Assembly: GCF_004010195.1 (NCBI RefSeq)
Contig: NC_057719.1
Location: 18,096,595-18,116,594 of the forward strand
Reading direction: 5' to 3'
Source of the DNA: Chiloscyllium plagiosum
Lineage: Eukaryota
DNA: 20,000 nucleotides
This document shows, one piece after another, positions 1 through 9,902 of this stretch. How positions within the stretch are numbered: position 1 is the first letter of the stretch; each line of letters starts with the position of its first letter. The position numbers were made by a program, and so were the translations under genes. The notes below the pieces were generated by a model. It was not told where the DNA came from. It worked only from the letters and a program-made list of their open reading frames with translations, and searched no databases.

Positions 1-67
1 GTTACCTAGTAGGGTGACAAAACGTCTGGAAATGAACCTTCCAGCTCAGCAAGCAAACCTACATCCA
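1..67 (+). mobile_element. 3' terminal (pLTR) fragment of a Penelope-like element, cut by the window edge; includes half of a degenerate hammerhead motif
   Basis: Near-exact reverse complement of 3349-3414, which is the 3' terminus of the RT/GIY-YIG PLE. Stem GTTACC-tagtag-GGTGAC is followed by AAAACGTC (GAAAC mutated to AAAAC). Confidence 0.85.
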
Positions 68-99
68 TAGTTTGGTGTTTCTTTGTCAGCACTGTTACG

Positions 100-140
100 A
101 TGTGCTAAAGGGCCTGTTTCTTGCTGTACAACTCTATGAC
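100..140 (+). mobile_element. CR1-type LINE/SINE 3' tail remnant
   Basis: AAGGGCCTGTTTC..GCTGTACAACTCTATGAC resembles the reverse complement of the CR1 tail at 11806-11840. Confidence 0.5.
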
Positions 141-1046
141 CCTTTGACTAAAATTGTAGAAAATAGAACATCATGGAAACAATAAAATGATACAATTTCA
201 CTACATGGAAGTAACTAATCATTCAAAAATACAAGGCTCAGATGCAGTTCACAGGTTCTGAATTTATGATTGCAAAGCTGACCAAACCCAGAACAGAAAC
301 AGGAAAGACAAGAAGCATCCACATGCTACACTCGCACAAGCCACGTCATAAAAATGTGCAATGGCTTTATTAGGTTATATAGACATATGCAAACACTTGG
401 GAAAAAAGGCAAACTTTAAACAATTGCATTTTGTTTATTGCCATTCATAACATGGTAGTGTGGGAATTGTAGCTGGCAGTTTTTAATGGAGTGAAAAAGA
501 GACAAAATGTTTAAGAAACAGAACTACACAGGATTATTTCCATCTATACCAGCAGGGACAGCACAACCCCCACTCCCCCCCAATTCAAACAGAGCAAGGG
601 TTGGAGTTTGAGCTTCAGTACTGTGGTACTGATCATTTGACCTGCCTGCCCTTCACACACAGTTCCCCCTGGGAGTATGGGACTAGTGACTATCCCCTTG
701 TGTGTGGTATGCAACTGTTTGTTTAGTTCAGTTTGGTGATGTCATTGGTAATTAAATCATATGCTAATTAATCACAGAACAGCAGCTTTCAACAGAGAAC
801 CACCAAGTTGGAAACGAAGAGTTCTCTATTCAATACATCAGTGGACTTTGAGGGGCAAGATACCTCTCCCAAGTAATAGGAGCCCAAGCCTCAACTAGGT
901 CAGGTGATACCATAAGGTCAAATCTTTATCTCATACTTTGACCAAAGGGAGTCTCAGCCTGTAAAATCTATCCTGAGTTTCGCAGTTATAATGGTAGAGA
1001 ATTGTAGGCAAAGTTTATTATGAGTTTTTGCTTACAGCATTCTTTT

Positions 1047-1255
1047 AATCGTAGAATCCCTACAATATGGAAGCAGACCATTCAGCCCATCAAGTCCACA
1101 CTGACCCTCCAAAGAGCTTCCCACCCCTCTACCCTATCACCTTGTATGGGGAGAACATGCAAATTTCACACAGATAGTTCCCCAAGGCTAGAATCAAACC
1201 TATGTCCTTAGCACTGCTGAAGCAGCAGTGCGAACCACTGGGCCCCAGTGCCAGC
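1047..1255 (-). mobile_element. HE1-like V-SINE with internal deletion
   Basis: Tail TAGAATCCCTACA... and tRNA-like head (CAAACC...GCAGCAGTGCGAACCACTG) are colinear with the reverse complement of the copy at 9190-9530. The central part is missing. Confidence 0.8.
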
Positions 1256-1704
1256 CACCACACTGCCCAAGTATGTTAGCATCTTCTGGCAGAGTCACTC
1301 AATCATTAAATCTACAGGTAATGGAATCACTATTTCAAAGAAATTTTTGTTTCATTTAAAAAACAACCTTTGTTTGCCATGGGAGAGCAAGTTTCTTTTA
1401 CCTTGCCATGGTTTTAGTGTTGCTGTTGATCCATGTCTTTGAACAAAGGATATCAGTTTAACAATGTCTCCAATAAGAACCCAGCTCCTGGGATTTTCCA
1501 CTGGGTGATGGATACAGTCTTACAGTGACTATTCCCCACCACTGTTACTTAAAATAAACAAAATCCTTCAAACCAATAGTTTGTTGCTTTGGTCCTTAAA
1601 ATAAAAAGTTTTTCCAGGAGTAAACAGAGAGAAAAGAAATTAATTTGAACAATCAATGGTCAACCAGGAAAACATTTTTATTTAATGTCTTCAAATCCCA
1701 GATG

Positions 1705-2030
1705 GAGAATGAGGTGATCTCAGAGAAACAGAGGTCTTGACCAAATAGGTATGAAGAGGCTATTTTCCTGGTTGCAGGGCTTAAAATTAGGGGACAAAGT
1801 TTTAGGGCAATCTATCAGCCACTGAGGGGTGAGACAAGATGAAATTTCTTCACTCACAGATGTTGAATCTTTGTTCTACATCATTTAAAGCTCAGATTGA
1901 TTGATTTTTGATCTGGCATGAAAGCAGGGAATGTGCAGAATAGGCAGGAAAGTGAAGGTAAGGTACAAGTTCAGCTGTAATCTGACTGACAGACACAAAT
2001 TAGAGTCTACTTTTCATTTTATTTTTATGT
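1705..2030 (+). mobile_element. Old CR1 LINE 3' end (ORF2 C-terminus + 3'UTR)
   Basis: GGTGATCTCAGAGAAAC (GDLIE-like), AATTTCTTCACTCACAGA (FFTQR-like), TTTAAAGCTCAGATTGAT; colinear with other CR1 3' ends in the window. Confidence 0.75.
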
Positions 2031-2674
2031 GCCTATAGTCTTTATTTTACAAAAATGTAACATCGTTTTCTGTTGAAGTATTGTGTTTAATTCTTTTTAA
2101 ACTTGGAAGACAAAATGGTTAAAGAACACTTCCCTTAAAATTGTTTTTTGAAGACATGGAGTGAACTAAGGCAGTAATTCTCCTGCTAACTACTGATTGC
2201 CCCATGTCACTTGCTGCATTACTAGAAAAGTATGGGAACCAAGTGACAGAGTTGGCACTTGTTCGTCAAACCTATCACTCAGTGGTATTACCATATGAAG
2301 CAGGGAAAAAGAAAATTGCTGGAATATCTTCATTACAATGTGTAAAGTAACATTGCACAAGAATTATTTAATGTTTCCAGCACAAGAGGCAGATTTAGTC
2401 TATTGTGTCTGTGCTGGTTTTCTGAAGAATACCTCACCGAGTCCCACTCCTCCACCTTTCTCGGTAGACCTGCACATGATTTCACTGCAGATTTAGTTCT
2501 TTCAACCAACACCTCAATCAAGTCTACCTTTCTCACATCTCAGTACCTAACCACATACTACATAAACAGACTTGATTCATGACACTGTTGCTACTTCTGT
2601 GAATCACTTTAAGCTATTAAGCTCTGCTTACTAATCTTCCAACCAGCTTCTCCCTATCTAGTCTGTCTTGATCT

Positions 2675-2886
2675 TTTTTAAAATTCACTCATGGGATGTG
2701 GCCTTTGCTGACTAGACCAAAATTTATTGTCCATCCAGAGTTGGCCTTGACAAGGTGGTGGTGAGCTGCCTTCTTGTACTGGTGCAGTCCATGTGCTGTA
2801 GGAACCCAGGATGCTGCTAGGGAGGGAACTCCAGGTTTTTAACCCCATGACAGTGAATGAACAGTGATATATTTCCAAGGCAGGAA
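2675..2886 (-). mobile_element. 3' end of a CR1/L2-group LINE
   Basis: Minus ORF reads LEIYHCSFTVMGLKTWSSLPSS (the WNSLP-type C-terminal motif). Its 3'UTR (ATGGGATGTGG...ATTTATTGTCCATCC on +) is shared with the SINE tail at 9903-9960. Confidence 0.7.
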
Positions 2887-2914
2887 ACATTGTAATTGTA
2901 CCCACATTCACCAC

Positions 2915-3308
2915 TTTCATTCGATATGTGAACCACCCTCTGTGTAAAAGAATTTCCTCAAATGTCTTTATTATATTTTTCTCTTTTCACCTTAAAAATG
3001 TGTCCCTTAGCCTTGAAACCCCCCCATCTTCATTAAAAGACAGCTACCATTGACTATACCTCTCATTATTTTATAAACTTCTATCAGGAGATTGCCTCTC
3101 AACCTCCTACACTCCAGTGAGAAAAAGTCCCAGCCTATCCAGCCTTTCTTCATAAGTTAAACCTTCCCTATCCAGCAACATCCTGGTAAATCTATTCTGA
3201 ACCCTTTCCAGCTTGATACTATCGTTCCTATAATTGGCAACCTGAACTAGACACAGTATTCCAGAAGAAGCCTCACCAATGTCCTGTACAACTTCAGCAT
3301 CCCAACTT
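2915..3308 (-). mobile_element. CR1 ORF2 C-terminal fragment
   Basis: Colinear with 12000-12345: TTTTATAAACTTCTAT, CCTCCTACACTCCAG, CAACATCCTGGTAAATCT, CACCAATGTCCTGTACA. Confidence 0.85.
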
Positions 3309-3309
3309 G

Positions 3310-4218
3310 ACTAGTTTTGAGAAGATTTGTAGCTCAGGTTGAGGTTCCGGATGTAGGTTTTCTCGCTGAGCTGGAAGGTTCATTTTCAGACGTTTCGTCA
3401 CCATACTAGGTAACATGTTCAGTGAGCCTCCAGATGAAGCATTGTTGATGATTCATGCTTTCTATTTATATGTTTGGGTTTCTTTGGGTTGGTGATGTCA
3501 TTTCCTATGGTGATGTCATTTCCTGTTCTTTTTCTCAAGGGGTAGTAAATTGGGTCCAAGTCAATATGTTTGTTGATAGAGTTCCGGTTGGAATGCCATG
3601 TTTCTAGGAACTCTCGTGTATGTCTCTGTTTGGTTTGTCCTAGGATGGTTGTGTTGTCCCAGTCGAAGTGGTGTCCTTCTGCATCTGTATGTAAGGATAT
3701 TAGTGAGAGAGGGTCATGTTGTTTTGTGGCTAGTTGATGTTCATGTATTCTGGTGGCTAGTTTTCTACCTGTTTGTCCAATGTTGTGTTGTTACAGTCCT
3801 TGCACGGTATTTTGTAAATGACATTAGTTTTGCTTGTTGTCTGTATTGGGTCTTTCAAGTTCATTATCTGCTATTTTAGTGTTTTGGTGGGTTTGTGGGC
3901 TACCAATGATGCCCAAGGGTCTGAGTAGTCTGGAAGTCATTTCCAATATGTCTTTGATGTAGGGGAGAGTGGTTAGGGTTTCTGGACATGTTTTGTCTGC
4001 TTGTTTGGGTTTGTTGCTGAGAAATCTGTGGACTGTGTTCATTGGGTACCCGTTCTTTTTGTATACACTATATAGGTGATTTTCTTCTGTTCTTCGTAGT
4101 TCCTCTGTGCTGCAGTGTGTGGTGGCTTGTTGGAATAATGTTCTAATGTGGCTCTGTTCGTGGATGTTGGTGGGGTGATTGCTTCTGTAGTTCAATATTT
4201 GGTCCATATGTATTGTTA
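3310..4218 (-). mobile_element. 5'-truncated Penelope-like retroelement (RT C-terminus + GIY-YIG endonuclease + 3' terminus), frameshifted
   Basis: ORF 3824-4207 reads DQILNYRSNHP...IRTLFQQATTHC...KNGYP...LPYIKDILE...RLLRPLGI (PLE RT thumb/linker). Shifted frames downstream read NVIYKIPCKDC../IGQTGRKLATRIHEH...HHFDWDNTTILGQ...REFLE (GIY-YIG). Confidence 0.93.
3386..3425 (-). ncRNA. Degenerate minimal type I hammerhead ribozyme in the PLE 3' terminus
   Basis: Minus strand reads UCA-CUGAACA-u-GUUACC uaguau GGUGAC-GAAAC-GUC-UGA. Stem I is UCA/UGA, stem II is 6 bp, and the CUGANGA core carries G8->C. Confidence 0.7.
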
Positions 4219-4239
4219 TCTACAGGAAAGGTTAATCAA

Positions 4240-4435
4240 GGCCTCCTTGTTTCGTACTATATGTTCTGGTTTATAAAGGCTAGGATGTTGCGTGCTTTAT
4301 TAACAGTTTTCTGAACGTGCCCTGCCACTTTCACACATTTCCACAGGTCTCCATTCCTGATCTTCTTATAGCATTGTATCCTTTATTTTCTGTTGCACTT
4401 CTTCATTATTCCCACCAAAATGAATCACTTCATGA
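4240..4435 (-). mobile_element. CR1 ORF2 fragment, roughly continuing 2915-3308
   Basis: TTTATAAAGGCTAGGATG..GCTTTATTAAC, CCTGCCACTTTCA and CCAAAATGAATCACTTCA align to 12345-12540. Confidence 0.6.
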
Positions 4436-6119
4436 AGCCCCATTGCACTCAGGTTAGTTGCCAGAATTGGATACTCTGAGATATAATGTGAGGAAAAGAC
4501 ACATTTTATGTAATGTATGAAATGGCTTGAAGCAGTCATTGTGCTCATTAAGTTAAGAATGGTGCATGTGGAGATTTCCATTGTTCAGTAGTGGCCTAAC
4601 AGTGTGATTATATATCCATTCTGCCTAAATGAGCTTGGAAAGATGGTGGAATATTAAATCTTCAGAGCTTTCCTTGTGAAATAATTTTCCTCCTATCAGA
4701 AAAAAAACAAGGCTTGGTAACCATTTTAAGTTTTCATGTTTCACTGGTCAACCGCAATTTTTCACTTTAGTGTAACTAGTAGCTTCACAAAAATACTGAA
4801 CATTGTTGGAAAAGTAATACATTTGTAGCAGTCAACAGAGTATATTTTCAAATGAGCTAAACCAAACAAAAATACAGAACTCCTGAGAAACTGAAGCAAA
4901 CCTTGTGGCAACCACAAACTAATTGCTAGTGAGGGAAATTGTAACTGTTACAAATTTTGAATATAAGAGGCAAATTTGCTTGTAACTGGTGCCAATTCCT
5001 TGTACTGTCTGCAAACTATTCATTACCGTTTTGGCAGAGGCTTTGCTGCTTCTGTTGTAATTCTGCCGCTCTCCGGAATGAGTGTCATCCCTTTGTCAGG
5101 GGGCCAAATAGCAGCTCCACCACTGAATACACTCTGTGTGCATTTTAACTGGACCCATTAACTGCCTATGCTTTCCTGAGAATGAGCACTTTACTGAGCT
5201 CCCAGCTAAAATCACTGGCCTTTGAACAGCGAAGAGGGCAAGAGGAATCATCGGCATTGACTCGGTTTAGCTGTGGTAGGTTCTTGTCAAACGCACTTCT
5301 TCAGGACCGCCTCTGTGAAGTGCTATGCCCAGCAGGAGTGTGGAACGTAGTTGCTCTTTAATCGTGCTCCTGAGCTCATGTTCCTCACTTTTTAAAGGAG
5401 GGCTGAGTGCATCACATCAATGAGAAGAGCTAGCGCAGAACTTGGTTGCAGACTTTCTCCTGTGCCCTATGCTGAGCATGGTACCATATATTTTCTATAT
5501 CTATATGTCATTTATTCTTTGTTTCTTGCTAGCATTAGCAGCTAATTGCTATCACAATTGTCTCCTTGCCACACAAATACGGAGACTATTCTTCTTGTTG
5601 AAATTATGAGTGTTCAATGTTAATGATATCAAACCATAAACACAGATGTTTTCAAGTTGCATTCCACAGTGCCATCAAAGGAAGCAATCTGTTGACATTC
5701 TCAGAGTCTAATGAACTACCAGCCCCAATATTATGACTAATGGCCAAAGCTATACATGTGCACATGCATGGGATTTATGAATGTCGAAATTACAGTAGAA
5801 ATCTGAACGTTATTTTCAAGATTCTGTGGCTGACATTAATGTCTTCTATTGCATAGGCTATTGAGAATAAATCTGTAACTCGCTGCCTGTTTCATACCAG
5901 CAACAAAGAGCTACCCAGGCAATCCCGATTTTAGTGCTTTGTGGAATTCTTTTTTTAAAGATTTGCTCAATCTCTGCCTGTGAACACCACTCACCTTTGG
6001 CTCTGATTGAACATCACCTCAAAATGAGGGCAAGGTGGTGAGAGCCATGGAAAGAAAGCTGAGAATCGGAGGATGGAGAAAGACTGGTCCTGTTCAAATT
6101 ACCTTCCAACAATCAATTC

Positions 6120-6220
6120 TCAGAGAGTTAAAATGTTACTGCTCATCAGAAGGCCATTTGACTCATCGCATTTGTACCAACTCTTTGGTAGAATCATTGG
6201 TTAATCCCACTCCCCTGCTC
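6120..6220 (-). mobile_element. CR1-type 3' tail remnant
   Basis: AGAAGGCCATTTGACTCATC..TGTACCAACTCTTTG..AATCCCACTCCCCTGCTC resembles an antisense CR1 3'UTR. It ends abruptly at the inverted-repeat arm. Confidence 0.55.
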
Positions 6221-6222
6221 GC

Positions 6223-6553
6223 CTGTTGAGTTTCTGCCACACTCTCTGTTGTTCTTTCAAATTTCCAATGTCCGCAGTTATTTGTGCTTACTGTACTGAA
6301 GTGTTGTTTAGGCTTCTGAAGCTGGGCCTGAACACTGAATTTCCTGACGTAGAATTAACGGTGTTACCAACATGGAGTGAATGAGGACTGCAGATACTGG
6401 AGATCAGGGTCAAAAAGCACAGCAGGTCAGGCAGCATCTGAGGAGCAGGAGAGTCGACATTCTGGGCATAAGCCCTTCATCAAAATAGACAAGTTGGCAA
6501 TACACGTCAACCAAAACAATTCCATGCCACATTCAAGGGTATTTGATACTTAT
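6223..6553. repeat. Left arm of ~330-bp inverted duplication
   Basis: Reverse complement of 7251-7593, roughly 90% identical by manual alignment, with a ~16-nt deletion in this arm. Confidence 0.92.
6378..6483 (-). mobile_element. Short PLE-terminus-derived element with decayed hammerhead
   Basis: AGCACAGCAGGTCAGGCAGCATC..GGAG..CAGGAGA.TCGAC matches 19777-19845. Minus strand reads UUGAUGA AGGGC uuau GCCC AGAAUGUCGA. Confidence 0.75.
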
Positions 6554-7250
6554 TGCTATTTATTTAAAATCAAGGATTTAAATCACAAGTTGATATAAAA
6601 AAGAGTATTTCCTCATGGCCCCTATGATTCTTTTCGCAATTACCTTGAGTTGAGGCTGGGCAGCAGCTAACTACAAGCACAACTTGCTAGATTGCCAGTC
6701 CAATAAGATGTACCTTAGATGGCTTAAGGCAATGATTTCAAAATGCTATTGTATGGATCACACTGTCCCATCTGAAAATCTAGATACATTCCAAGCAACC
6801 ACCCTGCCCTGGCATGTTTGCATGATGAAAAGCATAAAAACTTGGCTGACCAGAGAGAAATGGTGCATTTGGCAGAAACAATTTGATAATAGTACATGAA
6901 GTGACAGAAATAAAAGCTAGCAAGTCACAGTCTGAAAATGGAAGGTAGAATTCTAACGGTATTGTACTAGTGCTGTGTGATATTCCTGGCCCAGTACTGA
7001 CACACTGTAAACCCGTTGAGGATCCTTTTGGGATCTGCTCTGCAAAGCTAGTTTGAAAACCACAAAATCAATGAACTTAAAAAATGACGACTAGCTTTAT
7101 TTTGTGTTTAAACCAAAAGGCTAATGATCCAGGGAAAGGATCATTTAATAGATTTTTTTTAATATAAGCTTGGAAGGACTTGCCTGCATTAACTAAATAT
7201 CACACACATGTTATATTCAGCTCCAAACAACAGGCTATATAAAAAAAAGG

Positions 7251-7593
7251 ATAGGCAGCAAACACCCCTAAATGTGGCATGGATTGTTTTAGTTGATTTG
7301 TATTGCCAACTTGTCTATGTTGGTGAAGAGCTTATGCCAAAATGTCGAATCTCCTGCTCCTCAGATGCTTCCTGACCTGCTGTGTTCTTCCGGTGCCACA
7401 CCTTTTGACCCTGATCTCCAGTATCTGCAGTCCTCATTCCCTCCATGTTGGTAACACCGTTAGTTCTACATCAGGAAATTCAATGTTCAGGCCCACCTTC
7501 AGAAGTCTAACCAACGCTTCAGTACAGTAAGGACAAATAACTGTGGACATTGGAAATCTGAAAGAACAACAGAGTGTGGCAGAAACTCAACAG
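7251..7593. repeat. Right arm of ~330-bp inverted duplication
   Basis: Reverse complement of 6223-6553, e.g. CTCCATGTTGGTAACACCGTTA versus TAACGGTGTTACCAACATGGAG. Confidence 0.92.
7320..7440 (+). mobile_element. Short PLE-terminus-derived element with decayed hammerhead
   Basis: TTGGTGAAGAGCTTATGCCAAAATGTCGAATCTCCTGCTCCTCAGATGC..CCTGACCTGCTGTG; same family as the reverse complement of 19757-19850. Confidence 0.75.
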
Positions 7594-7642
7594 AAACTGG
7601 CAGTGTGTGTAGACAGAGAAACAGAGTTAATGTTTTGAGTCA
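7530..7642 (-). mobile_element. Older short repeat related to PLE termini (second family)
   Basis: GGAAATCTGAAA..AACAGAG..GAAACTCAACAG..CTGGCAG..AGAGAAACAGAGTTAATGTTTTGAGTC. The last part looks like a CpG-decayed AACGTTTCG (antisense of CGAAACGTT). Confidence 0.5.
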
Positions 7643-7649
7643 AAATTGG

Positions 7650-7910
7650 TGTGCTGAGGCTACTGGCAATGCTGACATTCAACAATCTCAATTCACCCAG
7701 TAACTTGGATAGTAAAAACTCCATTGCACACTTTGTAAAGGATTAGTGAATTAACAAGGCCCACATTCCTTCATCATCCAAGGACAGATTAACAGCTCAC
7801 TCACATTAGTGCTACTTGTGGGGTCCTGCTGTTTGCAAACTGGCAGCTGAGTTTGCCTTCACTGCAAATGTGCAGTTATTGTAATGCAAAGTCTTTAATT
7901 GTTGTTATGT
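7650..7910 (+). mobile_element. Highly diverged DeuSINE-like (SacSINE1/AmnSINE1-type) remnant
   Basis: ACAGATTA..CACATT..TGCTACTTGTGGGGTCCTGCTGTTTGCAAACTGGCAGCTGAGTTTGCC and GGATAGTAAAAACTCCATTGCAC resemble the recalled DeuSINE consensus. Confidence 0.5.
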
Positions 7911-8044
7911 TTTTGGTAAAAAGTGAGATATGACTGCTTGTGAATGTATTCCTAAGAAATAACTACAATCTTCTGTTCAGATTTTTTTTTTGCTAGGAAG
8001 TCTCCCTATTAAGTATCACCTTCAGAGGGCCTTTTATATCAATG

Positions 8045-8165
8045 CATAGAATTGAATCGTAGATGGTTTTGACATAGAGTCCCACTCCCTGGCTCTTTCT
8101 CAGTAGCCATTCAGTTTTTCTTCCCCTTCAGATCTCTAATCAATATATTCTCAAATATAATATCA
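8045..8165 (-). mobile_element. Degenerate CR1 3' end fragment
   Basis: GTCCCACTCCCTGGCTCTTTCTCAGTAGCC..TTCCCCTTCAG is similar to 6205-6220 and to antisense CR1 3' ends. Confidence 0.4.
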
Positions 8166-8429
8166 TTAAATTTGCTTAGGGAAAAAAAATATTATGTCAT
8201 ACCCATGTTAGAATTTCACCTTTCTCTTGTTACTATAGAATTAAAATGACCCCAAATTTGGTGACCAATCTGAGTTTATTCTGAATTGTCACAGCGTTTG
8301 AAGTTTTAGAACAAAAATAATTTGTCTTTGTGTAGCATCCTTATTGTCCAGGAGCTGTTAATTATGGTTTAGGTTGTGATGTCACTAGTGGTCAAAGTGA
8401 CATCAAAGTGTAGGCCCCCAACAACTACC

Positions 8430-8505
8430 AGAGCTAGAGGAGGGACTGAACTCATGTTGTTGGTATTACACATTACGCATACACTCACCATCTAGCTAAC
8501 CAACA
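8430..8505 (-). mobile_element. tRNA-derived SINE head remnant
   Basis: GGAGGGACTGAACTCATG (antisense B-box-like) ... CCATCTAGCTAACC (antisense A-box-like). Confidence 0.35.
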
Positions 8506-8599
8506 TCTCTCCAAGAGTCATTAAACTAAACAAACCCATCCCTTTTTGATTGATAACAATTACCTCATCTCACTGTCTTTCACAATGCCATTACTTTCC

Positions 8600-8895
8600 A
8601 GAAATACATCTGTTATCTCTTAAAGTCATTTATAAAGTTTCACTGTTTACTTTGGTGGTTTTTCTCATTAATTCAATCCAACTGTCTATTACCCGTTGTA
8701 AGATAGTTTTTTTCTCCTGATTTCCCTGCTGACTCCCAATTCTAAAGTTATCCCCTTTCGTTTATGAACCCTTTGACATCCAGAACAATTTGACTGAATC
8801 AAGCCTGTTCATAAATTCTGAAAACTTCTAATAGTTCCTCTCAAACATTTTTTTTGTTCAGATAATAAGAAGCCTATGCAATTCCTCATGATAAA
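8600..8895 (-). mobile_element. Degenerate CR1 ORF2 C-terminal fragment
   Basis: TTCTAAAGTTATCCCCT, TTCATAAATTCTGAAAACTTCTAATAGTTCCTCTCAAAC and TTCCTCATGATA are colinear with antisense CR1. Confidence 0.6.
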
Positions 8896-9189
8896 TTGGA
8901 TTGGATTTTATGTTTTCTTTTGGGAGGGTGAAGAATGCAGAAGGGAGACTATATGGTCCACTCACTCCCGCCTCCATTGTTTCTGCTTGTCCAATCGGGC
9001 ACTGGTTGGCCAGTGAGAAAGAGGCCAATTAGAGATGTAGAAAAAGGGCCTAAGAATGATTGCTGACAAGAGCATCATATGTTATAGGGCTAAGATCATG
9101 ACTATCAGTTCATGAGCCTCCTGTTGTCAGAGTCTCTTTTATGGAGGCAAAATGAGGCTATAATGATAATGTAATTGTCATACAGTATA

Positions 9190-9530
9190 AGGTATCGTAG
9201 CTCTGTGGTTCACACTGCTACCTCATCGCATCAGGGACCCATGTTTGATTCTAATCATGGGCGACTTTTGGTGTGGAATTTGCAAATTCTCCCCATGTCT
9301 ATGTAAGTTTCTTCCAGGTGCTCCAGTTTCCTCCCACAGTCAAAAGACATGAAGGTTAGGTAGATTGGCCATGCTAAATTGCCCCATGATGTGTAGACTA
9401 GGTAAGTTAGCCATGATAAATGTGGGGTTTCAGGGAAAGCTGGGGGTGGATCTGGGTAATATGTTCTTCAGAGGGTTGGTGCAGACGCAATAAGCCAAAT
9501 GATCTCTCCCTGCACTTTAGGGATTCTACA
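9190..9530 (+). mobile_element. Full-length HE1-like V-SINE
   Basis: tRNA-like head (GTAGCTCTGTGGTT...CAGGGACCCATGTTTGATTC), V-domain (TTTGCAAATTCTCCCCATGTCT..GGTGCTCCAGTTTCCTCCCACAGTC), GGTTAGGTAGATTGGCCATGCTAAATTGCCC, and LINE-derived tail TAGGGATTCTA. Confidence 0.9.
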
Positions 9531-9902
9531 ATGAAATTAAAAACATGTGCAAATACTACCACCTTCGCCAACACAGTCTGCTGCTATACTCAACCATGGT
9601 CCTGGTGGCAGAACCATTCTTCTGCCCTTGTCCTGCCCTGCCACAGCTGTTAGGAACATTTATTTTTTGTGTCTGGCACCTGAAAAAAAATGTAGCCAGC
9701 AATGAGAAATTTGCAGACCTTATTAGTCATTTCAGAATGGCAAGCAGACTGCAGCTATCCACGTTCACTTACCTTCTGTAATTTCAGAGAATGGCATGAT
9801 GAACCAATCTAATATCAACGCACACTGTTTTACATTCATTGTGAGATAGGGCCCACCCAATTCACGGCTGTGAAGTTCAACCATTCACTGCATATTTGCA
9901 TT

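Noticed and set aside
2333..2546. Minus ORF MRKVDLIEVLVE.. with donor-like CG|GTGAGG near 2437
   Set aside because: The nearest upstream AG lacks a pyrimidine tract, all three frames from it hit stops, and the peptide is not recognisable.
5293..5323. GCACTTC...GAAGTGC hairpin as a miRNA or structured RNA
   Set aside because: The stem is only 7 bp, too short for a pre-miRNA and expected by chance.
6684..7040. Possible RTE-type LINE 3' remnant or transposase in the inverted-repeat spacer
   Set aside because: No diagnostic motif could be read, and the 71-aa ORF is unrecognisable.
6223..7593. MITE/DNA transposon with TIRs, or PLE 3' transduction
   Set aside because: There is no TSD, the arms are composites of retroelement pieces, the right arm continues into an older repeat, and both flanks of the PLE element are duplicated.
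9190..9262. tRNA gene
   Set aside because: It is a degenerate SINE head followed by a V-SINE body, with no intact cloverleaf.
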